Shown piece after piece: positions 19,314-29,517 of a stretch of 64,000 nt of DNA (positions within the stretch are counted from its first letter, which is position 1; the number at the start of each line of letters is the position of its first letter). The translations under genes were made by a program, and so were the position numbers. This stretch comes from Alphaproteobacteria bacterium (GTDB taxonomy: Bacteria > Pseudomonadota > Alphaproteobacteria > Bin95): contig JAJDYL010000180.1 in the NCBI GenBank assembly GCA_022825195.1, forward strand, positions 9,604 to 73,603. The letters run 5' to 3'. The notes under the pieces were generated by a model, which saw nothing but the letters and a program-made list of their open reading frames with translations, was not told the DNA's origin and searched no databases.

Positions 19314-20321
19314 TCATGGCGCGGGTATGCCTTTCGTCGTCGAATATTCCCAGTGCAGCACTTCGTCCGGGAAGATTCGGGGGTGGATGTCATGGGCCGC
19401 CGCCGCGGCCTCCGCGAAACCGGTCAGGATCAGCTTGAGCTTGCCCTTGTAAGCCGCGATGTCGCCGATGGCGTAGATGCCGTCGCGGTCCGTCATCGAG
19501 GTCGAGGGATCGACGGCGATATGGTTGCGGTCGAGGGCAAGACCCCATTCGGCGATCGGGCCGAGATTGGTCGCGAGCCCGTAAAAGGGCAGCAGCACGT
19601 CCGCCTTGAGCCGGCGCGTCTCCCCTTTCAGCGTCTTCACCCGGACCGCTTCCAGCCGGCCGTCTTCGCCTTCCAGCCCGTCCAGATGATAAGGGATCAC
19701 GCATTCCACCTTGCCGTCCGCCTCCAGGGCCTTCATGCGCGCAACGCTTTCCGGCGCGGCGCGGAATTTCGGGCGCCGGTGGACGACCGCGACCGACGCC
19801 GCGACTTCCGAGAGCGAGAGGGCCCAGTCCACCGCGCTGTCGCCGCCGCCGCCGATCACCACCCGCTTGTCGCGCAAGTCCTCGCGCCGGCGCACGGCGT
19901 AGAAAACGCTCTTGCCTTCATAGGCGGCCAGCCCGTCGAGCGGCGGGCGGTTGGGGCCGAACGCGCCGACGCCGGCCGCGACGATGACGGCCTTGCAGCG
20001 GATCGCCGTCCCCTTTGCGGTCTCGATCCGCCAGCCGTCTTCCAGCTTCGCAAGCGCCTCGACCCGCTGGTCGAGGTGATAGACGGGCGAAAAGGGCGCC
20101 GCCTGCTCCTCCAGCCGGGCGACGAGGTCGCCGGCGTCCACTCTCGGGAAACCCGGAATGTCGTAGATCGGCTTTTCGGGGTAGAGCGCCGTGCACTGGC
20201 CGCCTATCGCCTCAAGGGAGTCCACGACGTGGGCGCGTATCCGGAGCATGCCGAGCTCGAACACGGCGAACAGGCCGACCGGGCCCGCCCCGACGATCGC
20301 CACATCGGTCTCGTGTTGCAT
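19314..20321 (-). CDS. Thioredoxin-reductase-type ferredoxin-NADP+ reductase
   Basis: A 335-aa ORF with DVAIVGAGPVGLFA, GGQCTALYPEKPIYDIPGFP and VVIGGGGDSAVDWA. Confidence 0.8.
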   Translation of the reverse strand: MQHETDVAIVGAGPVGLFAVFELGMLRIRAHVVDSLEAIGGQCTALYPEKPIYDIPGFPRVDAGDLVARLEEQAAPFSPVYHLDQRVEALAKLEDGWRIETAKGTAIRCKAVIVAAGVGAFGPNRPPLDGLAAYEGKSVFYAVRRREDLRDKRVVIGGGGDSAVDWALSLSEVAASVAVVHRRPKFRAAPESVARMKALEADGKVECVIPYHLDGLEGEDGRLEAVRVKTLKGETRRLKADVLLPFYGLATNLGPIAEWGLALDRNHIAVDPSTSMTDRDGIYAIGDIAAYKGKLKLILTGFAEAAAAAHDIHPRIFPDEVLHWEYSTTKGIPAP

Positions 20322-20506
20322 CGATATCCCCGGGATTGGAGGGCGCCCCAGCGGCCACTATCATGGAAGCCGCACCCTGCCCGATCAAGTCCCGCCGCCA
20401 TGCTGCGAAGCCAGCCGGCGCAGACGGCAGAATCGTTGCGGCGGCAACCCTTGCAGACGTGTGCGGTTCGGTGCACACTCCGCGTCGAAGAGAGGTCTTC
20501 GCGCCG

Positions 20507-20758
20507 ATGGAACTGTCCGTTTGGCTTACGCCCGCCATTCTCATCGCCGTTGCTGCGTTGCTGTTACGCAGCAACTCGCGGCTCGAAGAACGTCTCGGCG
20601 CGCGTATCGACGAAACCAACAAGCGGATCGACGAGACCAACAGGCGTCTCGACGGGATCGACAACCGGTTGCGGGCGGTCGAGCACGGGCAGGCGCGGCT
20701 TGAGGGCCTTATGGACGGACTCCGCGAAGCAATTTCCGGCCGCCGCCCTGCCGCCTGA
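20507..20758 (+). CDS. Small membrane-anchored coiled-coil protein (hypothetical)
   Basis: The internal ATG of ORF 20015..20758 gives MELSVWLTPAILIAVAALLL (a TM helix), then heptad repeats RIDETNKRIDETNRRLDGIDNRL. The nucleotide sequence shows three imperfect 21-nt tandem units. Confidence 0.45.
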   Translation: MELSVWLTPAILIAVAALLLRSNSRLEERLGARIDETNKRIDETNRRLDGIDNRLRAVEHGQARLEGLMDGLREAISGRRPAA

Positions 20759-20801
20759 GGACTCCAGAACAGAAGGCCAGCGTAAAGCGGGCCCCGCCGC
20801 C

Positions 20802-21242
20802 ATGCTTCCCGAAGCCGTCGATCTGCCCGATCTTGCCGCGACCGGCCGGCTGGCCCGGCAGGTCGCGGCGTCGCTCCGCCAGGGCGATGCGGTCGGGCTG
20901 ATCGGGAGCATCGGGGCCGGCAAGACGACCTTCGCCCGCGCGCTCATCCAGGGCCGCCAGCGCGATGCCGGGATCGAGCCCGAGAGGGTGCCGAGCCCGA
21001 CCTTCACCCTGGTCCAGATCTATGAGAACCCGGCGCCGCCTGTCTGGCATTTCGACTGCTACCGGCTCGCCGCGCCGGAGGAAGCGGTGGAGCTGGGGCT
21101 GGAACAGGCGCTCGGCGAGGGCGTGGCGCTGGTGGAATGGCCGGAGCGGCTGGGGGGGTTCCTGCCCGACAGGCGGCTCGACATCGCCTTCGAGATCGCC
21201 TGCGGAGACGCCCGCCGGGTGCGGATCGAGGACCGCCGTTGA
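20802..21242 (+). CDS. tsaE: tRNA t6A37 biosynthesis ATPase TsaE
   Basis: This is the C-terminal part of ORF 19182..21242, from ATG 20802. It has the Walker A motif GSIGAGKTTFARAL plus PSPTFTLV and HFDCYRL. Confidence 0.8.
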   Translation: MLPEAVDLPDLAATGRLARQVAASLRQGDAVGLIGSIGAGKTTFARALIQGRQRDAGIEPERVPSPTFTLVQIYENPAPPVWHFDCYRLAAPEEAVELGLEQALGEGVALVEWPERLGGFLPDRRLDIAFEIACGDARRVRIEDRR

Positions 21243-22213
21243 GCCGCGAAGCCGCCATCGCAGCCTTTCTGGCACGGGTCGGCTGGGACGACGCCCGGCG
21301 GGAGCCCCTGCCGACCGACGCCTCCCTCCGCCGCTATATCCGGCTCCGGCGCGGCGCCGCATCTCTCATGCTGATGGACGCGCCGCCGCCCGAGGAGGAT
21401 GTGCGCTCCTTCATGGCGGTGGCGGAGCGGCTTCTCCGGCACGGCCTGTCCGCGCCGGAGGTCTATCGATTCGACACGGAGAACGGCCTGCTGCTGCTGG
21501 AGGACTTCGGCGACGACACCTTCACGCGGCTCCTGGAGAGGGGCGAGGACGAGAACCGGCTCTACCTGCTCGCGGCGAACGCGCTGATGACCCTGCAGCG
21601 CCAGCCGGACGTGGCGGACGGGTTCCCGACCTTCGGCGAGGACCGCTTCGTCGCCGGCGCCGAGCTCTTCCTGGACTGGTACCTGCCGGCTGCCGGCATA
21701 CAGGCGACGGATCGCGAAGGGTTCCGCGCGGCCATACGCCAGGTGCTTGCGCCCGCGATGGCGGGACCGCAAACCCTGATGTTGCGCGACTTTCATGTGG
21801 ACAATCTCGTCCGGCTGGAAGGCCGCGAAGACGCGGCGGCCTGCGGCCTGCTCGACTTTCAGGACGCCGCCCGGGGGCCGTTCGCCTACGATCTCGTATC
21901 CCTGGTAGAGGATGCCCGGCGCGATGTGTCGGAGGGCGCGCGACAGCGCGTGTTGGCGGTGTACCAGGCGATCTTCAATCTCTATCACGACCTGGAGCGC
22001 GACGTCGCCGTGCTCGGCGCGCAACGCCATATCCGCGTGCTCGGAACCTTCATGCGGCTCGCGCGGCGCGACGGCAAGCCCGGCTACATGCGCCACCTGC
22101 CCCGGCTCCGGCGGATGCTGGAGCGCAATCTCGCCCACCCGGCGCTCGGGCCGCTGGAGGCATGGTTCCGGCGCCATGTCGCCCGCGACCTCCGCATCCC
22201 GGCGGCCGAATGA
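21239..22213 (+). CDS. Aminoglycoside-phosphotransferase-fold kinase (AmgK-like anomeric MurNAc/GlcNAc kinase)
   Basis: From ORF 21137..22213. An in-frame TTG at 21239 overlaps the tsaE stop. Segments are DASLRRYIRL, LLLEDFGD and LRDFHVDNL (kinase catalytic loop). It sits next to a MurU-like gene, as in the known amgK-murU pair. Confidence 0.7.
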   Translation: MSREAAIAAFLARVGWDDARREPLPTDASLRRYIRLRRGAASLMLMDAPPPEEDVRSFMAVAERLLRHGLSAPEVYRFDTENGLLLLEDFGDDTFTRLLERGEDENRLYLLAANALMTLQRQPDVADGFPTFGEDRFVAGAELFLDWYLPAAGIQATDREGFRAAIRQVLAPAMAGPQTLMLRDFHVDNLVRLEGREDAAACGLLDFQDAARGPFAYDLVSLVEDARRDVSEGARQRVLAVYQAIFNLYHDLERDVAVLGAQRHIRVLGTFMRLARRDGKPGYMRHLPRLRRMLERNLAHPALGPLEAWFRRHVARDLRIPAAE

Positions 22214-22917
22214 CGGGAACGCGGCCGCATACCGCCATGGTGCTGGCCGCGGGGCTCGGCTCGCGCCTCGGCGACGGGCCGCCCAAGCCGCTCAGGCGGG
22301 TCAGCGGCCGGGCGCTGATCGACCGCGCGCTCGACATGCTCGGCGAGGCCGGGGTCGAACGCGCCGTGGTGAACACCCATCACCGCGCGGCTGAGGTCGA
22401 GGCCCATCTCGCCGGACGGACGCGGCCGCAAATCCTCATCTCGCGGGAGGCGGAACGGCTGGAGACCGGCGGCGGCGTCGCCCATGCGCTGGCGCTTCTG
22501 GGCGGCGAGCCGTTCTTCGTCCTCAACGCCGACCTCGTATGGGGGCCGGACGGGGCCGACTGGCTCAGGCGGCTCGCGGCCGGTTTCGACGCCCGCCGGA
22601 TGGACGCGCTGCTGCTCCTCTACCCGACGGCGCGGGCGGTCCACCATGACGGACCGGGCGACTTCCACCTCGCTTCCGACGGGCGGCTTTGCCGGCGGCG
22701 GGACCCGGAGCCTGCGCCTTTCCTGTTCACCGGCGCGCAAATTCTGGCGCCCCGCCTCTTCGACGATGCGCCGCAGGGCGCATGGCGCCTCACACGCGCC
22801 TATGACCGGGCGGAGACGGGCGGCCGGCTGTTCGGCCTCGTCTGCGAGGGCGAATGGCTGGACGCCGGCACGCCGGAGCGCCTCGCCCATGCCGAGGCCA
22901 TGCCGGCAAGCGCATGA
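22210..22917 (+). CDS. Nucleotidyltransferase (MurU-like MurNAc-1-P uridylyltransferase)
   Basis: The ATG at 22210 overlaps the stop of the upstream kinase gene (ATGA). The N-terminus AMVLAAGLGSRLG..PKPL is a sugar-nucleotidyltransferase signature. Confidence 0.75.
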   Translation: MTGTRPHTAMVLAAGLGSRLGDGPPKPLRRVSGRALIDRALDMLGEAGVERAVVNTHHRAAEVEAHLAGRTRPQILISREAERLETGGGVAHALALLGGEPFFVLNADLVWGPDGADWLRRLAAGFDARRMDALLLLYPTARAVHHDGPGDFHLASDGRLCRRRDPEPAPFLFTGAQILAPRLFDDAPQGAWRLTRAYDRAETGGRLFGLVCEGEWLDAGTPERLAHAEAMPASA

Positions 22918-25823
22918 CCGTCGTTTCCATCCCCCCGGGCGCGCCCTTCCTGGAGACGCTCGCCCATGCGCTCATCGACGGTCCGACGCTCGCCGACGAC
23001 ATCGTGCTGCTGCCGACGCACCGGGCCGGGCGCGCGCTGGTCGAGGCGTTCGCAAACGCGGCGGACGGAGACACGCTGCTCCTGCCGCGCATCCTCTCCC
23101 TCGGCGAACTCGACGCGGACGACATCGCCATCCGCGCCGAAGCCGAACCCGGACTTGCCGACGATCTCACCCTCAGACCGGCCGTCCCGCCGCTCGCCCG
23201 GCATCTGCTGCTGGCCCGGCTCGTCAGGGAGCGCGACCGGCAGATCCCGCCGGACCGGGCCCTGCAGCTTGCCGGAGCGCTCGCCCGGCTGATCGACGAA
23301 GTGCAGTTCAACCGCCTGGATTTCAGCCGCCTCGACACGCTCGTGGCGGAGGAATTCGCAGAGCACTGGCAGGAGACGCTCGATTTCCTCGCCATCGTCA
23401 CTGAGCACTGGCCAGCGATCCTGAAGGAGCAGGGGCAGCTCGACCCCATCGACCGGCGCAACCGGCTCTACGCGGCGCAGATCGCGCTCTGGCAGCGGTC
23501 GCCGCCGGCGGGGCGCGTCATCGCCGCCGGGTCCACGGGCATCATGCCGGCAACGGGAGACCTGCTGGCCTGTATCGCCGCCATGCGGCAGGGCATGGTG
23601 GTGCTGCCGGGGCTCGACCGCCATCTCGACGACGAGAGCTGGAACGCGCTGGAAGAGAGCCACCCGCAATGGGCGCTGAAACTGCTGCTCGAACGGCTCG
23701 GCGTGGAACGCGGCGCGGTGCCGGACTGGCCGCAAACCCGGCGCTCGCCCCGCAGCCGGCTGGTGGCGGAGGCCATGCGGCCGGCGGAGACGACCGAAGC
23801 CTGGCGCAGCCTTCCGCCCGAACCGGGCGAAGGCGCGGACGGGCTGACGGTGGCGCGCTTCGCCAACCCCGCCGCCGAGGCCGGCGCCATCGCCCTCATG
23901 CTGCGCGACGCGGTGGAGCGCGGCGAAAGCGCCGCTCTCGTGACGCCCGACCGCGACCTAGCCCGACGGGTATCGGTGGAACTCGGCCGCTGGGGCCTGC
24001 TGGCGGACGACAGCGCCGGCGCGCCGCTCGGTAGAACGCCCGTCGGCGCCTTCCTGCGGCTCACGGCCCATGCGGCAGCGGCGGACTTCGCGCCCGCCGA
24101 ACTGCTTGCCGCGCTCAAGCATCCGCTGGCGGCCTGCGGCATGGAGCCCGCGCGCTTCCGGCGCGCGGTCCGCCGGCTGGAACGCAGGCTGCTCCGCGGC
24201 CCCCGCCCCGGCAACGGGCTGGACGGGCTGCTGGACGCAGCCGGCAAGACGAAGGACAGGCGCGTCGGCAAGACGGCCCGCCGCATCGCCCGCGCGTTCC
24301 AGCCTTTGCGGAGGCTCCACCGACGGCAGGCGGCGCCGCTTGCGGACCTGCTGGCCGCCCATGTGGAGACGGCGGAGAACCTCGCCGGCGAGGCCGGCCT
24401 CTGGCGCGGCGCGGACGGGGAAGCGGCGGCGGCGCTGCTGGCGGACCTCGACGAAGCGTCGGACGCCTGGCCGTCCGTCGCGCCCGCCGACTATGCCGCG
24501 CTCTTCGACGAGCTCGCCGCCGGTCAGACGGTGCGCCTGCCGCGCGCCCGTCATCCGGGCCTCGCCATCCTGGGGCCGCTGGAGGCGAGGCTGCAGCGCG
24601 CCGACCGGCTGGTGCTCGCCGGGCTGAACCAGGGCGCGTGGCCGGCGGACCCCGCCCCCGACCCCTGGATGAGCCGCGAGATGCGCATGCAATTCGGCCT
24701 GCCGCCGGCAGAGGTCCGGCAAGGCCTCGCGGCGCACGATTTCGCCCAGGCGCTCAACTCCGGCGAAGTCATCCTGACGCGCTCCGAACGGGTCGGCACG
24801 GACCCGACCGTGCCGTCGCCCTGGCTGCAGCGGCTGGAGACCGTGCTGGAGGCGCTCGGGCGCGATGTCGAGGACCGGCGCTGGGCCGCCTGGCAGGCGG
24901 AGCTGGACCGGCCCGAAGAGGTGCGGCCCGTCGATCCGCCCCGGCCCTGCCCGCCCGTGGCCGCCCGCCCGCGCGGGCTTTCCGCCACCCGCGTCCAGAC
25001 CTGGCTCCAGGACCCCTACAGCATCTACGCCCGGCAGATTCTCGCCCTCAGCCCGCTCGATCCCATCGACGCCGACCCGGAAGCGCGCGATTTCGGCTCG
25101 ACCGTCCACGAGGCGCTGGAGCGCTTCATGCGCGACTATTCCGGCCCCGACCTGCCGGACGAGGCCTGGGAGCGCCTGCTCGCCATCGGCCGGGAGGCGT
25201 TCGCCCGATACGGGGACCGGCCGCTGGCGGACATGTTCTGGAACCGGCGGTTCGAACGCGCAGCCCGGAATATCTGGGCCATCGAGACGGAGCGCCGGCC
25301 CGCCATCGAGCGCATCCTGACCGAAATCGCAGGCGAAACCCGGTTCGACGGCCCGGCGGGACCCTTCGCCCTCACGGCCCGCGCGGACCGCGTGGAACTG
25401 CGGGCCGGCGGCGGGCTTGTCATCGTCGATTACAAGTCCGGCAATCCGCCCTCCGCAACGGATGTCGCGCGGCGCACGGCGCGGCAATTGCCCATCGAGG
25501 CCATCATCGCCGCGGATGGCGGCTTTTCCGGCTGTCCTGCGGGCGCGGACGCCGAGCTGGAATACTGGCGCACCGGCGGCGGGCGCGGCGACAGGCCGGC
25601 GCCGCTGCGGATAACCCGCCGGGGCGAGAAGCCGGGCAAATCGCGCGGCCCTTACAATACCGAAGAGGTTGTCGAAGCCACGCGCGAGGGCCTCCGGCGC
25701 TTCGTTGCCGCCTTCGACGAAGAGGCCATGCCCTATCTGGCGGAGCCGAGGCCGGAATTTGCCGGCGGCTACAACGACTACCGGCACCTTTCGAGGAAGG
25801 ACGAATGGTCCAGGCGGCTCTGA
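22914..25823 (+). CDS. addB: Double-strand break repair protein AddB (alphaproteobacterial type)
   Basis: From ORF 22854..25823, using the internal ATG at 22914 (ATGA overlap with the upstream gene). It is about 969 aa with a C-terminal PD-(D/E)xK nuclease-like region (VIVDYKSG). It lies immediately upstream of addA. Confidence 0.85.
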   Translation: MTVVSIPPGAPFLETLAHALIDGPTLADDIVLLPTHRAGRALVEAFANAADGDTLLLPRILSLGELDADDIAIRAEAEPGLADDLTLRPAVPPLARHLLLARLVRERDRQIPPDRALQLAGALARLIDEVQFNRLDFSRLDTLVAEEFAEHWQETLDFLAIVTEHWPAILKEQGQLDPIDRRNRLYAAQIALWQRSPPAGRVIAAGSTGIMPATGDLLACIAAMRQGMVVLPGLDRHLDDESWNALEESHPQWALKLLLERLGVERGAVPDWPQTRRSPRSRLVAEAMRPAETTEAWRSLPPEPGEGADGLTVARFANPAAEAGAIALMLRDAVERGESAALVTPDRDLARRVSVELGRWGLLADDSAGAPLGRTPVGAFLRLTAHAAAADFAPAELLAALKHPLAACGMEPARFRRAVRRLERRLLRGPRPGNGLDGLLDAAGKTKDRRVGKTARRIARAFQPLRRLHRRQAAPLADLLAAHVETAENLAGEAGLWRGADGEAAAALLADLDEASDAWPSVAPADYAALFDELAAGQTVRLPRARHPGLAILGPLEARLQRADRLVLAGLNQGAWPADPAPDPWMSREMRMQFGLPPAEVRQGLAAHDFAQALNSGEVILTRSERVGTDPTVPSPWLQRLETVLEALGRDVEDRRWAAWQAELDRPEEVRPVDPPRPCPPVAARPRGLSATRVQTWLQDPYSIYARQILALSPLDPIDADPEARDFGSTVHEALERFMRDYSGPDLPDEAWERLLAIGREAFARYGDRPLADMFWNRRFERAARNIWAIETERRPAIERILTEIAGETRFDGPAGPFALTARADRVELRAGGGLVIVDYKSGNPPSATDVARRTARQLPIEAIIAADGGFSGCPAGADAELEYWRTGGGRGDRPAPLRITRRGEKPGKSRGPYNTEEVVEATREGLRRFVAAFDEEAMPYLAEPRPEFAGGYNDYRHLSRKDEWSRRL

Positions 25824-28800
25824 ACCCGGCCGTCGAGGCCGCGACCGCGCAGCAGCGCCGCGCCGCCGACCCGGAGGCGTCCGCGTGGGTGGACGCCAAT
25901 GCCGGCTCCGGCAAGACCAAGGTGCTGGCCGACCGCGTGCTGGCGCTCCTGCTCCGCAGCGTGCTGCCGGAACGCATCCTCTGCCTGACCTACACCCGCG
26001 CGGCTGCGGCCGAAATGCGCATCCGCATAGAGCGCGAACTGGCCGGCTGGGCGACGGCCCCGGACGAAGAGCTCGACACGGCGCTGGCCCGGCTGGGCGC
26101 CGGGGCCCCGGACGGAGAAACGAGGAACCGCGCAAGACGGCTCTTCGCCCGCACGGTCGATGCGCCGGTCGGGCTTCGCATCGACACGATCCACGCCTTC
26201 TGCCAGAGCCTGCTCGGGCGCTTCCCGATAGAAGCCGGGGTCTCGCCCTGGTTCCAGCTTGCCGACGAGCGCGAGGCGCTGACGCGGCAGGCGAACGCCC
26301 GCGATACCGTGCTCGAACGGCGAGAAGAAGAAATCGAGGAGGCCGTTGCCGAGGTCGCCGACAGTCTGTCGGAATACAATATCCGCGCCTTCGTCGCCGA
26401 ACTGCTCCGCAATCGCAGCGCCTTCGGGCCGGGCGCGCTCGCCGCGCTGGAGGCGGGGCTGATCCTGCCGGAGGTCCCCGAGCGCACGAAAAAGGGGAGG
26501 AAGGCGCTCCGCGAGGCGGCGTCGATCCTGAAGGGCGGGGGCGCGACCGACAGGCAGCACGCCGCGAGGCTGCAACGCTGGGCGGACATCGGCGACCCCT
26601 CGGACGACGATATCGATGAGGTCCGCAAGGTCTTCTTCAAGTCGAACGGCGAGCCGCGCGACGAAATCGGCACGAAGAACCTTCTTGGCCGCGAGCGCCT
26701 GCCGGGCCTGCTGGACGCGGAGTGCGAGCGGATCGAGCTGCTGCGCGAATACCGCCGGATCGAGGCCACGCTCAACGCATCCAGGGCCGCGCTGAAGCTG
26801 GGCGAGGCCGTGGACCGGGAGTACCGCAGGTCCAAGGGCCGGGCCGGGCTGCTCGACTATGACGACCTGATCGAGGGCGCGCTCGGCCTTTTGCGCCGCG
26901 CCTCCGCCGCCTGGGTGCATTACAAGCTCGACCGGGGCATCGACCATGTGCTGATCGACGAGGCGCAGGACACCAGCCCTCCACAATGGGCCCTTGTCGA
27001 GGCGCTGACGCAGGAGTTCTTCGCCGGCGAGGGAGCGGGCGAGGAGGCGCGCACGCTTTTCGCCGTGGGCGATCCCAAGCAGTCGATCTTCCGCTTCCAG
27101 GGCGCGGAGCCGAGGAAATTCGAGGAGATGCGCGGGACGTTCCGGGCGCGGGCCGGGGACGCCGGACAGCGCTGGGAGGATGTCCCGCTGGAAGTCTCCT
27201 TCCGCGCGGCGCCGGTGCTTCTGGAAGCGGTGGACGCGGTGTTCTCGGGCGAGCACGGCCTCGGCCTCGAAGGCCCGGCGCCCACCCACAAGCCGAGCCG
27301 CAGCGGCGCGGGCGGCCGCGTCGAGATCTGGCCGCTGGAAATGGGGGAAAAGCGGGAGCCGGGAGACCCGTTCGAACCGCCCACGCAATATCGCCGCGAG
27401 GACGCCGCCGAGACCGCGCTCGCCGACCGGACAGCCCGGCGCATCGCAGGCTGGCTGGCGCGCGGCGAGCCGGTCGCGCCCGGCGGCCGGCCCATGCGCG
27501 CGGGCGACATCATGATCCTGCTGCCGCGCCGCTCCGGCCGGTCTTTCATCCCGCGGGTCATCGCGGCGCTGAAGCAGCGGAGCGTGCCCGTTGCCGGCAT
27601 CGACCGCATGACGCTGGCGGACGAGCTTGCCGCGATGGACCTCGCCGCCATCGGCGATTTCGTCCTGCTGCCGGAGGACGACCTGACGCTCGCCACCGTG
27701 CTCAAGGGGCCGCTGTTCGGCTTCGACGACGAGGCGCTGTTCGAGCTTGCCCGCGGGCGCAAGGGGACGCTCTGGGCCGCACTCGGCAAGCGCCGGAAGA
27801 CGGAGCGGTTCGGCCCCTGCTTCGAGGCGCTGAGCGCGCTGCTCGGAAAGGCCGATTATGCCGGCGTCCATGCCTTCTTTGCCGACCTGCTGGCGGAAGG
27901 CGGCCTGCGCCGGAAGATCGCGGCCCGGCTCGGCGAGGAGGCGAACGACCCGATAGACGAGTTCCTGAACGCCGCGCTCGACTATGAGCGCCGCCATCCG
28001 CCGAGCCTGCAGGGCTTCCTGCAATGGCTCAGGAGCGGCGAGGCGGAGGTGAAGCGGCAGCTCGACCAGCGCGGCCGCAACGAGGTGCGGGTGAGCACCG
28101 TCCACGGCGCCAAGGGGCTGGAGGCCCCGGTCGTCATCCTGCCGGACACGACGGGAAGGAGAACCGCACAGCACGATCCGAACCTGCTGCGCGATGAGGG
28201 CCTGTTGCTCTGGCCTCCATCCAAGGCGAAGGAGGTCATCGATCCGCGCTCGAAGGAGATGCTCGACGAATACCGCCAGGCGGACGACGAAGAGCGCCGC
28301 CGCCTGCTCTATGTCGCCATGACGCGCGCGGCCGACCGGCTGGTGATCTGCGGGTGGAACAACAGCGGCAACGACCTGCCCGAGGACTGCTGGTACCACG
28401 CCGCGCGGAACCGGCTTAAGGACCGCATGACGGAGGAAGAGGACCCGGAATTCGGCGAGCCCGTCCTGGTGATGGAGCAGCGTGCGGCAGAGTCCGAAGC
28501 CGCCCGCCCGGCGGCGGACCGGGAGCCTTCCCCTCCCCTGCCCGGCTGGGCCCGCCGGCCCGCGCCGCCGGCGCCGCTCGCAGTCCCGCCGGGCGAGGAC
28601 GGGGAGGCGTTCGCCGCCGGCTCGCCGCTGCGGGGCAAACCGGGCGGGCGGTTCCGCCGGGGCCGGGCAATCCACAAGCTGATCGAATTGCTGCCGGAGG
28701 TCGCGCCCGAACGGCGGCTCGAAACGGCCCTGAGGTTCCTCGCGGCCGATCCGATACTGGCCGAGGGAGCCGAAGCGACGGCGCGCGAGACGGTGGTGGT

Positions 28801-29134
28801 GCTCGACGACCCGGCGTTCCACCGCGTATTCGGCCCCGGCAGCCGGGCGGAAGCGCCGCTGGTGGGCCGAATCGACGGCGTGATCGTGAGCGCGCGGATC
28901 GACCGGCTGGCGCTTTTGCCCGACGAGACGCTGATCGTCGATTTCAAGAGCGGCCGCGCGCCGCCTGCCGATCCCTCCGGGGCACCGGCGGGCTATCTGC
29001 GGCAATTGGCGCGTTATGTCGCGCTGTTGCGCCAGATGCGGCCCGGGCTTCCGGTACGCGCGGCCCTGCTCTGGACCGATGCGCCCTCGCTGATGCCGGT
29101 TCCCGAAAGCTGCCTAGCGCCATATATGCCTTGA
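25805..29134 (+). CDS. addA: Double-strand break repair helicase-nuclease AddA
   Basis: In-frame ATG at 25805 within ORF 24638..29134. Segments are VDANAGSGKTKVL (Walker A), VLIDEAQDTSP, VHGAKGLEAPVV and a C-terminal nuclease motif IVDFKSG. Confidence 0.9.
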   Translation: MVQAALNPAVEAATAQQRRAADPEASAWVDANAGSGKTKVLADRVLALLLRSVLPERILCLTYTRAAAAEMRIRIERELAGWATAPDEELDTALARLGAGAPDGETRNRARRLFARTVDAPVGLRIDTIHAFCQSLLGRFPIEAGVSPWFQLADEREALTRQANARDTVLERREEEIEEAVAEVADSLSEYNIRAFVAELLRNRSAFGPGALAALEAGLILPEVPERTKKGRKALREAASILKGGGATDRQHAARLQRWADIGDPSDDDIDEVRKVFFKSNGEPRDEIGTKNLLGRERLPGLLDAECERIELLREYRRIEATLNASRAALKLGEAVDREYRRSKGRAGLLDYDDLIEGALGLLRRASAAWVHYKLDRGIDHVLIDEAQDTSPPQWALVEALTQEFFAGEGAGEEARTLFAVGDPKQSIFRFQGAEPRKFEEMRGTFRARAGDAGQRWEDVPLEVSFRAAPVLLEAVDAVFSGEHGLGLEGPAPTHKPSRSGAGGRVEIWPLEMGEKREPGDPFEPPTQYRREDAAETALADRTARRIAGWLARGEPVAPGGRPMRAGDIMILLPRRSGRSFIPRVIAALKQRSVPVAGIDRMTLADELAAMDLAAIGDFVLLPEDDLTLATVLKGPLFGFDDEALFELARGRKGTLWAALGKRRKTERFGPCFEALSALLGKADYAGVHAFFADLLAEGGLRRKIAARLGEEANDPIDEFLNAALDYERRHPPSLQGFLQWLRSGEAEVKRQLDQRGRNEVRVSTVHGAKGLEAPVVILPDTTGRRTAQHDPNLLRDEGLLLWPPSKAKEVIDPRSKEMLDEYRQADDEERRRLLYVAMTRAADRLVICGWNNSGNDLPEDCWYHAARNRLKDRMTEEEDPEFGEPVLVMEQRAAESEAARPAADREPSPPLPGWARRPAPPAPLAVPPGEDGEAFAAGSPLRGKPGGRFRRGRAIHKLIELLPEVAPERRLETALRFLAADPILAEGAEATARETVVVLDDPAFHRVFGPGSRAEAPLVGRIDGVIVSARIDRLALLPDETLIVDFKSGRAPPADPSGAPAGYLRQLARYVALLRQMRPGLPVRAALLWTDAPSLMPVPESCLAPYMP

Positions 29135-29196
29135 CGGAACTCCGCTTTGCGGCCACTTCAGGGCGATCGACAGACGCCTCCACGGGAGAATCGGGC

Positions 29197-29517
29197 ATGG
29201 CCACTCGCCACACGACGGATGCAAGTTTCGATGAGGACGTAAGGCAGGCGGACAAGCCCGTCGTGGTCGATTTCTGGGCGGAATGGTGCGGCCCCTGCAA
29301 GCAGATCGCGCCTTTTCTGGAAGACATCGCGACCGAGATGGACGCGCGGCTGGATGTCGTGAAGCTCGATATCGACGACAATCCGAAGACCCCCGGCGAA
29401 CTGGGCGTGCGCGGCATCCCGACGCTCATGGTCTTCCGCGACGGCGAGATGGTCGCCCAGCGCGTCGGCGCCATGCCCAAAAGCGCGCTCAAGCAGTGGC
29501 TCGACTCAGTTGTCTGA
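29197..29517 (+). CDS. trxA: Thioredoxin
   Basis: MATRHTTDASFDEDV...VVDFWAEWCGPCKQIAP (WCGPC active site); 106 aa from the internal ATG at 29197. Confidence 0.95.
   Translation: MATRHTTDASFDEDVRQADKPVVVDFWAEWCGPCKQIAPFLEDIATEMDARLDVVKLDIDDNPKTPGELGVRGIPTLMVFRDGEMVAQRVGAMPKSALKQWLDSVV

Noticed and set aside
29506-29517. The 12-nt convergent overlap of the trxA and folC 3' ends, considered as a regulatory feature.
   Set aside because: This is probably just compact gene packing, and the folC and trxA ends are each well supported. Nothing in the sequence indicates antisense regulation.
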